From an uncultured Collinsella sp. (lineage in GTDB: Bacteria > Actinomycetota > Coriobacteriia > Coriobacteriales > Coriobacteriaceae), in contig UQMM01000002.1 of assembly GCA_900542165.1 (NCBI GenBank), positions 8,012-72,011 of the forward strand: a DNA stretch of 64,000 bases. Reading direction: 5' to 3'. The notes under the pieces are model-generated. The model saw only the letters and a program-made list of their open reading frames with translations. It ran no database searches and had not been told where the DNA came from. Position 1 is the stretch's first letter, and each line of letters begins with the position of its first letter. The translations under genes were made by a program, and so were the position numbers. Below are positions 10,445-20,100 of the stretch, one piece after another.

Positions 10445-10553
10445 GGGCAAGAAGAACGCATGGCAATCGGTGTTGGTGGAAAATGTTTGCTATCCTTACC
10501 AAGAGGAATGCTGATTGCCATGCGTTGATGCTTCCGCGGACAATTCCGGCGTG

Positions 10554-11028
10554 CTAAAATGCCTTCTCGTTCAAGAATTCCCTGAACGCGGGAATGTCAA
10601 AGCCAACGAGACCACGCCCGCGCTCTCCAATGACGCCGTCCTCCAGGAGGCGGCGTTTGTATTGGCTTGCGTAGTTGCTGGCGACGCCCATGCGTTTGGC
10701 TATCTCCGAGACCCTGCTGGGGCCAGAATCGGGCAGCATCGCGAGCAAAAACTCAATGTCTTTATCGGAAAGCTCCCGATAGGTCGTTTCGAGAGAAGCC
10801 CGATGTCATGCTTCTCGAGTTGCCTGAAGACGCCATTCATGCGCGTGCGCCAGTTGCCCCGGGCCTCTTGAGCATATGTCCAATCGATGCCCATTGGGCC
10901 AATTTGAACACCGTTTATGCGCGCGTGAGGCTGTGAGAGGTAGCTATCTGCGGCTTCTTTGGTTCGCTCGATAATATCTTCGAGCATGCCTGGCATGGCG
11001 GAGACATTTGCTGCAATCCATGGTGGCC
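10554..11028 (-). pseudogene. AAA+ ATPase/wHTH remnant (same family as 61224-62333)
   Basis: Two disjoint fragments, WIAANVSAMPGMLEDII... and LAMLPDSGPSRVSEIAKRMGVASNYASQYKRRLLEDGVI...FDIPAFREFL; Walker A/B regions deleted. Confidence 0.7.
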
Positions 11029-11085
11029 CTTTGCAGGTTTTGCTAATTTTTGCAACTTTTGCTAACTTTTGCAAGTTTTGCTAAC
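11029..11085. repeat. Tandem array: three 19-bp units made of alternating 9- and 10-bp TTTTGC subunits
   Basis: CTTTGCAGG TTTTGCTAAT TTTTGCAAC TTTTGCTAAC TTTTGCAAG TTTTGCTAAC. Confidence 0.9.
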
Positions 11086-11239
11086 GGCTTAACATGTCTT
11101 GTTCCGTGGGATTGCAGGAGTGAAAAACGGGGATTCCTATTATTCCGGCTACGTTGCAGCGAGCGGGGCCGAAGCGCGATGTTGCTGCGCTCCGGCCCCC
11201 GCTGCTTTGTAAACCCATGACGGTTTGGCCACCGTTGTT

Positions 11240-13480
11240 TTAGTCAAACAAGCTCGGCATGTCATTTTCCTTCATGAGGGCGCCGGCAGAAGGCAGGCTC
11301 TGCGCGGTGAACTTCTCGGCCGAGACGCCGGCGCCAAGAATCTCCTCGGTCGTGCCGACGGTGGTGACCGAGCGGCCCTTCTTGGCCGTAAAGGCCTGGA
11401 CGCCCTGCGTGTTGGTGGTCGTCTTGGTCTTGAGCAGCGACGTGTTGAAGTTCATCAAACGATAGTCGCTCGAGACCAGCGCGATGTCGCGGTCCTCCTT
11501 GAGCACCTGGGCATACAGCAGCTTGCTGCCACCGTAGATGGCGTTCTTGAGGCGCTTGCGGTTGGTCTTGGTGACGTATCCGGAAAGCGCGACGCGCACC
11601 ACGCGGCCGTTCTCAAAGACGAACAGCACGTCGGCCTTGTAGTCCTCGGGGTCGATGACCCAGATGACACTCTCATCGGGTTCCATCTCAAGATCGGTCG
11701 GCAGGTACGAGCCCAGCTGGGCCGACTTGGTATCCTCAAACGCCGCAACCTTGCACTTGTACACCTGGCTCTTGTTGGTAAAGACCAGCAGCTCGTGGGT
11801 GTTGGAGGACGGGAACTCGATAAAGGGCTTGTCGCCGTCCTTGTACTTGAGCGTGGTGGCCTTCTTAAGCACGCGGTCCGTCATCTTCTTAAGGTAGCCA
11901 TCGCGCGAGAGCATGATGGTGACCGGATACTCCTCGACCTCGGGCTCCAGGCTTACCTCGATGACCTCGTGGGGCTCGATCCTGCCCGTGCGCCGCGGCA
12001 TCACGTACTTCTTGTTGACCGCGGCCAGCTCGTCGCTGATGGCCTTCTTGATGTTCTCCTCGCTGGAGAGGATCTCTTCAAGCTCGGCAATCTCGCCTTC
12101 AAGCTTAGCGATGTCCTTGGTGCGGTTGAGGATGTACTCCTCGTTGATGTTGCGGAGCTTAAGCTCGGCAACAAACTCGGCCTGGGTCTCGTCGATGTCG
12201 AAGCCCTTCATAAGGTTGGGCACGACCTCGGCTTCGAGCTTGGTGCCGCGGATGATGGCGATGGCCTTGTCGATGTCGAGCAAGATCGCCTCGAGGCCGT
12301 GCAGCAGGTGCAGGCGCTCGGACTTTTTGCCTAGGTCAAAGTTAATGCGGCGACGCGTGGACTCAATACGCCACTTGACCCACTCGTGCAGGATCTGGCG
12401 CACGCCCATAACGCGAGGGTAACCATCGACCAGCACGTTGAAGTTGCACGAGAACGAATCCTGCAGCGTGGTCGAGCGATAGAGCTTGGCCATGAGCTTG
12501 TCGGGGTCGACACCGCGCTTAAGGTCGATGGCGATGCGAAGGCCCGAAAGATCGGTCTCGTCGCGGATGTCGGCAATTTCCTTGACCTTGCCCTCCTTGG
12601 AGAGCTTGACGATGCGCTCGATGATGACATCGGTCTTGGTGGTGTAGGGGATCTCGTACACCTCGATGATGCGCTCTTCGGGAATCCAGCGCCAGCGGGA
12701 GCGGATTTGGAAGCTGCCAAGGCCGGTCTCGATGATCTTCTCCATCTCCTCGCGGCGGTAGATAATCTCGCCGCCGGTCGAGAAGTCGGGCATGGGCATA
12801 TATTCGAGCAGGTCGCAGTCGGGGTCCTGCAGGTAGTGCATCGTTGCGGTGCAGACCTCGTTGAGGTTGAAGCCGCAGATGTCGGATGCCATGGCGACGC
12901 CGATGCCCTTGTTGGCCGAAACCAGAATATTGGGGAATGTGGTGGGCAGCAGGCGCGGCTCCTTCATGGCGCCGTCGTAGCTGTCGACGAAGTCGACCGG
13001 GTCCTTGTCGATGTCCTTGAAGATCTCGGCACTGATGGGGGAGAGCTTGGCCTCGGTATAACGCGAGGCGGCGTAGCTCAGATCGCCCGAATAGTACTTG
13101 CCAAAGTTGCCCTTCGACTCCACGAAGGGCGCAAGCAGCGCTTCGTTGCCCGTCGCCAGGCGCACCATCGTCTCGTAGATCGCGGCGTCGCCGTGCGGGT
13201 TGAGCTTCATGGTCTGGCCCACGATGTTGGCGCTCTTCTGGCGCTCGCCCTTGAGCAGGCCCATCTTGTACATGGTGTAGAGCAGCTTGCGGTGCGAGGG
13301 CTTAAAGCCGTCAATCTCGGGGAACGCACGCGAGACGTTGACACTCATGGCGTAGGGCATGTAGTTGACCTCGAGCGTCTGCGTGATCGGCTGGTCGGTG
13401 ACCTCGGAGTGCAGGCCGATGACGTTCTCGGCGTTGACCTGCTTTTTCTTTGGCTGGTTCTTCGTCTTCTTCTTTGCCAC
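11240..13480 (-). CDS. Type IIA topoisomerase subunit A (ParC/GyrA-like, no GyrA-box)
   Basis: DGFKPSHRK, PHGDAAIYETMVR, catalytic SRYTEA; short C-terminal domain. Confidence 0.93.
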   Translation of the reverse strand: MAKKKTKNQPKKKQVNAENVIGLHSEVTDQPITQTLEVNYMPYAMSVNVSRAFPEIDGFKPSHRKLLYTMYKMGLLKGERQKSANIVGQTMKLNPHGDAAIYETMVRLATGNEALLAPFVESKGNFGKYYSGDLSYAASRYTEAKLSPISAEIFKDIDKDPVDFVDSYDGAMKEPRLLPTTFPNILVSANKGIGVAMASDICGFNLNEVCTATMHYLQDPDCDLLEYMPMPDFSTGGEIIYRREEMEKIIETGLGSFQIRSRWRWIPEERIIEVYEIPYTTKTDVIIERIVKLSKEGKVKEIADIRDETDLSGLRIAIDLKRGVDPDKLMAKLYRSTTLQDSFSCNFNVLVDGYPRVMGVRQILHEWVKWRIESTRRRINFDLGKKSERLHLLHGLEAILLDIDKAIAIIRGTKLEAEVVPNLMKGFDIDETQAEFVAELKLRNINEEYILNRTKDIAKLEGEIAELEEILSSEENIKKAISDELAAVNKKYVMPRRTGRIEPHEVIEVSLEPEVEEYPVTIMLSRDGYLKKMTDRVLKKATTLKYKDGDKPFIEFPSSNTHELLVFTNKSQVYKCKVAAFEDTKSAQLGSYLPTDLEMEPDESVIWVIDPEDYKADVLFVFENGRVVRVALSGYVTKTNRKRLKNAIYGGSKLLYAQVLKEDRDIALVSSDYRLMNFNTSLLKTKTTTNTQGVQAFTAKKGRSVTTVGTTEEILGAGVSAEKFTAQSLPSAGALMKENDMPSLFD

Positions 13481-13525
13481 GATTTCCTCTTGAACTTCTT
13501 ATGGGCCGTCGTTGTCGATTTACTG

Positions 13526-15523
13526 CTATTGCAGGTCCAGCTGGTCCAGGTATTCCTTGCCGTGCTCGGAGATATGGCGCTTGCGGCCCGCCTCGTCGTT
13601 GCCCAGCAACAGGTTGAACATGGTTTCCATCTTGGTGACGTCCTCGGGCTCAACCTTGATCAGGCGACGCGTCTCGGGGTTCATGGTGGTGAGCCACATC
13701 ATGTCCGGGTCGTTCTCACCAAGACCCTTGGAGCGGTTGATCGAGCACTTTTGGTCGCCGATCTCCTTAAGGATGCCGTTCTTCTCGAGCTCGGTGTAGG
13801 CAAAGTAGGTCTTCTCTTTGCAGTTGATCTCGTAGAGCGGCGACTCGGCGATATACACGTAGCCCTCGTCGATAAGCGTGGGCACCAGGCGGTAGAGCAT
13901 GGTGAGTACGAGCGTGCGGATGTGATAACCGTCGACGTCGGCGTCCGTACAGATGATGACCTTGTTCCAGTTGAGGTTGTCCAGGTCGAAGGCGCCAAGG
14001 TTCTTGATGCGCTTGTCCTTGATCTCCACGCCGCAGCCCAGCACGCGCATGAGGTCCATGATGATGTCGGACTTAAAGATGCGCGGATAATCCTCCTTCA
14101 GGCAGTTGAGGATCTTGCCGCGGACGGGCATGACGCCCTGGAACTCGGCATCGCGCGAGGTGCGAATGGCACCTGCTGCCGAGTCACCCTCTACGATGTA
14201 GATCTCGCGGCGGCTCTTGTCCTTGGAGCGGCAGTCGATGAACTTCTGCACGCGGTTGGCCATGTCGGTCTTCTGCTGCAGGTTGGTTTTGATACTCTGG
14301 CGCGTTTTCTCGGCGTTCTCGCGCGAACGCTTGTTGATGAGCACCTGCTCCATGATCTTGTTGGCGGCGTCTTTGTTCTCGATCAAGTAAGTCGAGAGGC
14401 GCTCCTTAAAGAAGGCCGTCATAGCCTGCTGGATAAAGCGGTTGTTGATGGCCTTCTTGGTCTGGTTTTCGTAGGACGTCTGGGTGGAGAAGCAGTTGGT
14501 CACCAGCACCAGGCAGTCCTGGACGTCCTGCCATTTGATGCCGCTCTCGTTTTTGTTGTACTTGCCCTGTTGCTTAATGTAGGCATCGATGGCGCTGGTC
14601 AGAGCGCTACGGGCAGCCTTCTCGGGTGAGCCTCCGTTCTCGAGCCATGACGAGTTGTGGTAGTACTCCTGCATCATGAAGGTGCGCGAGAAGCACATGC
14701 ACGCGGTAATCTTGACGTTGTAGTCGGGCAGGTCCTCGCGGTCGCGACCGCGACGGTCGGCCTCGATAAAGAAGGGCTCGGTGAGGTAGTCGGTACCGAC
14801 CTTCTCGAGCACGTAGTCTTCGATGCCCTTGGGGTAGCAGAAGTCCTCTTCGGAAAACTCGCCGTCGTCGCCCTCGATGCGCAGACGGAAGGTCACGTTG
14901 GCGTTGACCACGGCCTGGCGGCGCATGGTCTCGCGATACCAATCGTGGGGGATGCTGATGGAGGTAAAGACTTCAAGATCGGGGCGCCATTTGATGGTGG
15001 TGCCGGTGCGGTCCTCGTCGCTGGGCTCAATCTCGAGTGCCTTCTTTTTGGCGCCGACGACCTTGCCCTTCTTAAAGTGCAGGGAGTACTTGTTGCCATC
15101 GCGCCAAACCGTGACGTCCATGTACTCGGAGGCGTACTGGGTCGCGCACGAGCCCAGGCCGTTGGTACCGAGCGAGAAGTCGTAGTCGCCGCCCTGGTTG
15201 TTATTGTATTTGCCGCCGGCGTAGAGCTCGCAAAAGACGAGCTCCCAGTTAAAGCGCTTCTCGGAGGGGTTCCAGTCGAGCGGGCAGCCACGGCCATTGT
15301 CCTCTACCTGGATAGAGCCATCGCGAAAGGCGGTAAGGGTGATGAGCTTGCCGTAGCCCTGGCGCGCCTCGTCAACGGCGTTGGACAGGATCTCGAAGGC
15401 GGCATGCGCGCAGCCGTCGAGCCCGTCCGAGCCAAAGATGACGGCGGGGCGCAGGCGTACGCGCTCCTCGTCCTTGAGCTGGCGGATACTGTCGTTACCA
15501 TAGTTTGCGGTGTTTTTTGCCAT
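13526..15523 (-). CDS. Type IIA topoisomerase subunit B (ParE/GyrB-like)
   Basis: EILSNAVDE, DNGRG, VEGDSA, PVRGKILN, DADVDG, KGLGE motifs. Confidence 0.93.
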   Translation of the reverse strand: MAKNTANYGNDSIRQLKDEERVRLRPAVIFGSDGLDGCAHAAFEILSNAVDEARQGYGKLITLTAFRDGSIQVEDNGRGCPLDWNPSEKRFNWELVFCELYAGGKYNNNQGGDYDFSLGTNGLGSCATQYASEYMDVTVWRDGNKYSLHFKKGKVVGAKKKALEIEPSDEDRTGTTIKWRPDLEVFTSISIPHDWYRETMRRQAVVNANVTFRLRIEGDDGEFSEEDFCYPKGIEDYVLEKVGTDYLTEPFFIEADRRGRDREDLPDYNVKITACMCFSRTFMMQEYYHNSSWLENGGSPEKAARSALTSAIDAYIKQQGKYNKNESGIKWQDVQDCLVLVTNCFSTQTSYENQTKKAINNRFIQQAMTAFFKERLSTYLIENKDAANKIMEQVLINKRSRENAEKTRQSIKTNLQQKTDMANRVQKFIDCRSKDKSRREIYIVEGDSAAGAIRTSRDAEFQGVMPVRGKILNCLKEDYPRIFKSDIIMDLMRVLGCGVEIKDKRIKNLGAFDLDNLNWNKVIICTDADVDGYHIRTLVLTMLYRLVPTLIDEGYVYIAESPLYEINCKEKTYFAYTELEKNGILKEIGDQKCSINRSKGLGENDPDMMWLTTMNPETRRLIKVEPEDVTKMETMFNLLLGNDEAGRKRHISEHGKEYLDQLDLQ

Positions 15524-15622
15524 ACTCGCTCTCTCGGTGCTCCTTTGCTGCGTTTAAGTCATATAGATAGTCAAGGTAGCATAGCCCAGCCCACAGACGA
15601 TTCCAACCAACACGAAATCCAT

Positions 15623-15636
15623 CGAACAATCGTTCG
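15623..15636. promoter_or_regulatory. LexA (SOS) box upstream of the topoisomerase operon
   Basis: CGAAC-AATC-GTTCG, the Gram-positive consensus; just upstream of a minus-strand TTGGAA-17-TATGCT promoter candidate (about 15578-15606). Confidence 0.65.
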
Positions 15637-15655
15637 GAATTTGGTGGAACAGCGT

Positions 15656-15692
15656 TTACTCGGACAAATCCGAGTCGGTTTTGTCCGAGTAA
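15656..15692. repeat. Near-perfect 37-bp palindrome
   Basis: TTACTCGGACAAA-TCCGAGTCGGT-TTTGTCCGAGTAA. Confidence 0.85.
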
Positions 15693-15990
15693 GTTTGAAG
15701 ACGGCCGAATGTGTCTTGCTGCGTTTGCGGTTGGATGCGTTTGTCAAAAACGTGCCATGCGGATTGTTGGATCGAATCGAACATTGGGACAGACGTCTCG
15801 TTTTATGGGCCGGGGGCGTGCATGTGCGAGTTCTTTTGGCCCATAAGGAACGCTGGTGGGTCGTTATTTGGGCCACGGGTCACTTCGCCGGCGCCGTGTT
15901 TCGTCATACGCTCATAGTGGAAGCCGATGCCACGGGGTCGACTTGGGACTCGGGCAATGGATGAGCTGCAAGCCGAAAGGAGCGGTGAGA

Positions 15991-17010
15991 ATGATGAGGC
16001 CCATGACAAAGAAACTGCTGTTAGGAATTCCCACCGTGACGCTTTCGGCCGTGCTGGCGTGTACAGTGGCCGGCTGTGGCGGTAGTGCTCCGAGCGGCTC
16101 GCCTGGCGGTTCGGGCGGCAGCGCGCCTGTGCAGGAAAAGCCCAGGGCCTATGATTCGCAGACGGTCGAGGTGGCAGGCATTACCTATGAGTCGGTGGCT
16201 CACGGTACGTTCTATCGCGGCGATGCCAAGCTGCAGGACGGCTTTTACCTGCACATCAAGATCACCAACAACAACACAAAGAACAGGACGTTCAGTTCCT
16301 TTAACGTGCATGCTGCCCAGGGCGATCTTGAGGCAGGCGACCCGTTGTTTACTTCCGGCAAGGCGGCTGTGCTCGACTACGTCGCAAGCGAAGCTCCCGA
16401 TGATCTGCACAAGGGAATTGACCTTTCCGAGAGGCCAGATATCGGTCCGGGCGAGACCGTTGAGTATGTTTACTTCTGGGCGCCCAAGACGGCGTACTAC
16501 GGGCCCATCACTGTCGAGTTCGTAGACGCTTACGCCCCTGCCAAGAATCATGAGGCCATGCACTTTGACACCACGGACTGCGAGACCAAGGAGTTCAAGG
16601 CGGCCGGCGGCGTGGCCGATTCTGGCGAGAAGGCAGATTTAACGGGCATCGACTGCGCATCGTACAGCATCGAGGCCGCCGATGGGTACACGCTGGATTC
16701 GTCCGACGAAGAGCGCGAAAAGGCAAACTTCTTCCACGACGAGACTGGAGGACGCCTGAACATCAGCATTTTCCCGCGCTCGCCGGAGGAAGAGGTTGCA
16801 AGCCTAGAGCAGGTCTACGAAGGCAAGGAGACAACAACCGACCAGGTCGAGTACAACGGCATAACGTGGCTGCGCTTTACCGGTCCCGACAACGGCCATA
16901 CGCTGTTTGCGACGGCTCCCGCAACGGGTGAAACCGTCCGCGTGTCGATTGGCTGGAAGATCGATTGGGACGCCGCCGTGCCCATGATGGAGGCGCTGAA
17001 GCTCAAGTAA
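15991..17010 (+). CDS. Lipoprotein of unknown function (Ig-like DUF4352/DUF5067-like domain possible)
   Basis: AAGGAG RBS; signal peptide with lipobox VAGC; Gly/Ser linker; LHIKITNN...DIGPGETVE. Confidence 0.75.
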   Translation: MMRPMTKKLLLGIPTVTLSAVLACTVAGCGGSAPSGSPGGSGGSAPVQEKPRAYDSQTVEVAGITYESVAHGTFYRGDAKLQDGFYLHIKITNNNTKNRTFSSFNVHAAQGDLEAGDPLFTSGKAAVLDYVASEAPDDLHKGIDLSERPDIGPGETVEYVYFWAPKTAYYGPITVEFVDAYAPAKNHEAMHFDTTDCETKEFKAAGGVADSGEKADLTGIDCASYSIEAADGYTLDSSDEEREKANFFHDETGGRLNISIFPRSPEEEVASLEQVYEGKETTTDQVEYNGITWLRFTGPDNGHTLFATAPATGETVRVSIGWKIDWDAAVPMMEALKLK

Positions 17011-17038
17011 CGCTGTGATTCCCATGTCAGGCGACTCA

Positions 17039-17073
17039 GGGCTGGCTCCGAGTTATCGGGGCCAGCCCTTTTT
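17039..17073 (+). terminator. Intrinsic terminator
   Basis: GGGCTGGCTCCGA...TCGGGGCCAGCCC followed by TTTTT, between convergent genes. Confidence 0.75.
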
Positions 17074-17120
17074 GGTGCTCGATAAGCCGAGTCGGCGTCT
17101 CTCACAAAAGTAACTAGGAG

Positions 17121-20100
17121 CTAGCGAGGCTCATCCGAATTGGCCTCATTGGCGGTGTCGGTTTCGAGCGCCGTGCGGCGGGCGCTGTAGGCGACGAGGC
17201 CGGCGCCTGCCGCGGCGAGTGCTGCGGCGGCTGCCGTAAGGGGAGCGTTGACATCGCCCGTGCCCGCAAGCGCGCCCGCTTTTCCGGAGCGCTTTTTATT
17301 GCCGTGATTCTTGCCGCTGCCAGATCCACTGCCGCCTCCGGAGCTGCTTCCGCCGGAGCCACCTCCACTCGTGCCGCCATCGCCGTCGACCGTCATCGGG
17401 GCGTCGTGAAGTCCTGTCGTATCCGCGCTGTCGCATACGCCGACCTGAACTTCTGAGCGTTCGCATGCCGCGTCGGGCACATGAAGCTCGTGCAGTACGG
17501 CACCCAGCGCCGAGTTTGCGCCTGGTCGAATTTCCTCGAGCGTTACGGGATCGAGCGCCACCAGATCACGCGCTTTCGCATACAGCGTTACGCGTTTGCC
17601 CACTTCGTCGCTCCAACTCTCGGGAATGGCGAAGCTCATGCGGAACTGTGCCGTGCAGCCTGGTGCCAGCACGGCGTTGCCATTGTCGGCAACCAGCGGG
17701 TGCGTCGCAAAACGTGCGCCCAGCGTCTCGAGCGCGTACTTCACGCGTGCCATGTCGTTGGCCGAAGCATCCTCGGCGAGCTCCGGATCGTAGATTGATG
17801 CCATGCGTGCATTCGCTCCGAACCCGATGGATGCGCTGGAGAACGGCTGGCTGGAGCCCTCTCGGTACAGATCGATCGTGCCGGCGGTCAGCAAGGTGTT
17901 GCCGTCGTTTCGCACCGTGACCATAAAGGATTCGCCTGCTGCTCCGGGCACCACCGCACCCGAGGTAGCGACCGCGCCCGTCGGAGTGGCACACGCCACC
18001 AGGGGCACTTCGATGCCGTGCAGCTCTGCCTCGCTCTTCTCCGCGCTCACAATGTGCGTGGCGAGCGCGGAGAGCATGCCTCCCGACGTCAAAAATGTCG
18101 TTATCTGATCGACGGGATGGTCCAGCTCGCACATCACGAACGGTTCCGTGAACAGATCGCCTGCCAAGGTGCTGGCGAAGATGCGGAAGTGCTTGCCCAT
18201 CACTGCTACCGGGTTGCCTTCTTCGTCGTAGGTCTGTCCCACCTTGCCGTCGGTGTTCTCTACATAGAGCACGCACCTGCCGTTGTTGCTTACGCTAAAC
18301 GATGCCGGGCCACAGCCTGCGGCACCCACGGGCTGCGTTGCAAATGCCGATGCGCCTCGCGTCCAAGTAATATGCTGCAGCTGCTCGTTGACGGTGGCCA
18401 AAAAGCCCGAATGTTGTGGCCACGGCACCGCACGGGGTACTGTGGCATCTGGCGGCATAACGCCCCAACCCGCGATGGACTGGCCGATCACTGCATACGA
18501 TGCACAGCCACAACCGTCTGCGGTCTCGTACGCAACGGGCACCACCATTTTGCCGTTGATATTCTCGGGCGCGCCCAGCTCGATACTCGACGGTGCCTGC
18601 GGAAAGCGGAGAACTTGGCGGAACGTCAGGCTATCGCCCGAAACGTCCGACCACAGGGTGAAGCACTCCAGCGCAACCTCTGCCTCATTGCCCAGCGCCT
18701 TTTCTGAGGTGGCTCCGCGGCGATGGAGATAGGCGCCCGACAGGCGGCCGTCGACCAGCGTCTTACCCGCTGTGATACGCGGGCACTGCAGGCAATGGTA
18801 ACCGTCCTCCTGCAGGCGCCCGCGCGAGATGCTGCGCCACGACGTGTGCGATATCACGCGAACTTCGCTATTACTTATGCGCAGGCGCACAACGGACAGT
18901 ATGCCGGATGTGCTCGCCGCATCGAAAAAGGTGTTGTCGCCGTCGGGGCGCTCGCCCGAGACCAGCAGCACGTAAGCGTCCTGGTTTTCTCTTCCGTCCG
19001 TATATTCCACTACGTCGAAGTCGTAATCGAATATGCCGTCGCGCTCCACGTCGCCCTCGCCAAAGCCAAGGGGGAAGTCCACGGGCGTGGGAGCGGACCA
19101 CGTGCCGTTTGCCTTTGTGTGCACCACCAGGCGCGAGCGGCCATTGTCGCCGTAGCGCACCGAGGCGATACGGAACAGGCATTCTACGCCGGCGATCATT
19201 GCCAGCTTCATGTGAGCTTCGCTGAGCACGCCAGTAAACAGCACGTTGTCGCTCGAGGGTTTTATGCCGCCACGCTCGTCCTCCGACACGCCGGCAGAAT
19301 TGGCGTTGGGGTCCGCAACGGCGTTCGTCGCCTGAACGATGTAGGTATACTCATACATCGGCGCGGCGTTTTCGTCGTTCTCTATCAGTGCGTGGACGAA
19401 ATGCTCGACCTGTCCCGTGTCGTCGCTCTCTGCATCCGCCTCGAGCTCAATGCGCGTGACCGCTTGATTCCAATCGCGCACGACAGGCGCAACGTTTGCG
19501 GCAGTGGCATTAACCTCGGCGCGTGCGAGCAGCTCGGCGTTGGTGACGATGGTGGCCGATGCGATAAACTGCGGCACACCACCTGCCTCGGCGTTGCCGG
19601 CCGAGCCGAAGCAGGCATCCAGCGTATAAGGCGTATCCCCACCCAATGCAAGCTCAGAGCACTGGAGTACATACTGGTCGCCGTTGTTCACCGACATATT
19701 CCACGAATCGAGGAGTGTGGGCCACGATCCCGACCAAGCTTTGGTGGTCCACTTGAACATTACGAACTGGAGTATCACATCGACATCGACGTCTGCACCT
19801 ACGCGCAGTCGCGGAAGCTGGTGTCCATCCGCCTTCTCGTACCCAATGAACAACGTGAGGGATGCGGCGCCGCGCACGGCAGACGAGGCGACGCCTGCAA
19901 CGCCGGCGCCAAAGGTGACGGCAAGCCCGATCTGGATGGTGAAAGAGCCCGACGTGTTGGAATAGTCGAGCGAAATGTTCTTGAAAAACGCCGCGCCGCT
20001 GCCGTGCGTGTGGGCACCCACGGCGAGCGCCAGCTTCGCCAGCACCCAGGGGTTGACGTTTAGGAAAAAGGGCACCGGTCCCAAGGTGAACTGCTCGGTC

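Noticed and set aside
11240..15523. Assigning gyrA/gyrB symbols
   Set aside because: No GyrA-box and not in a dnaA-recF context; parC/parE orthology is also unproven, so symbols were left empty.
11225..15964. Long plus-strand ORFs (369, 747 and 435 aa) opposite the topoisomerase genes
   Set aside because: Antisense shadow frames expected from high-GC codon bias; no recognisable motifs. The same applies to most overlapping ORFs in the track.
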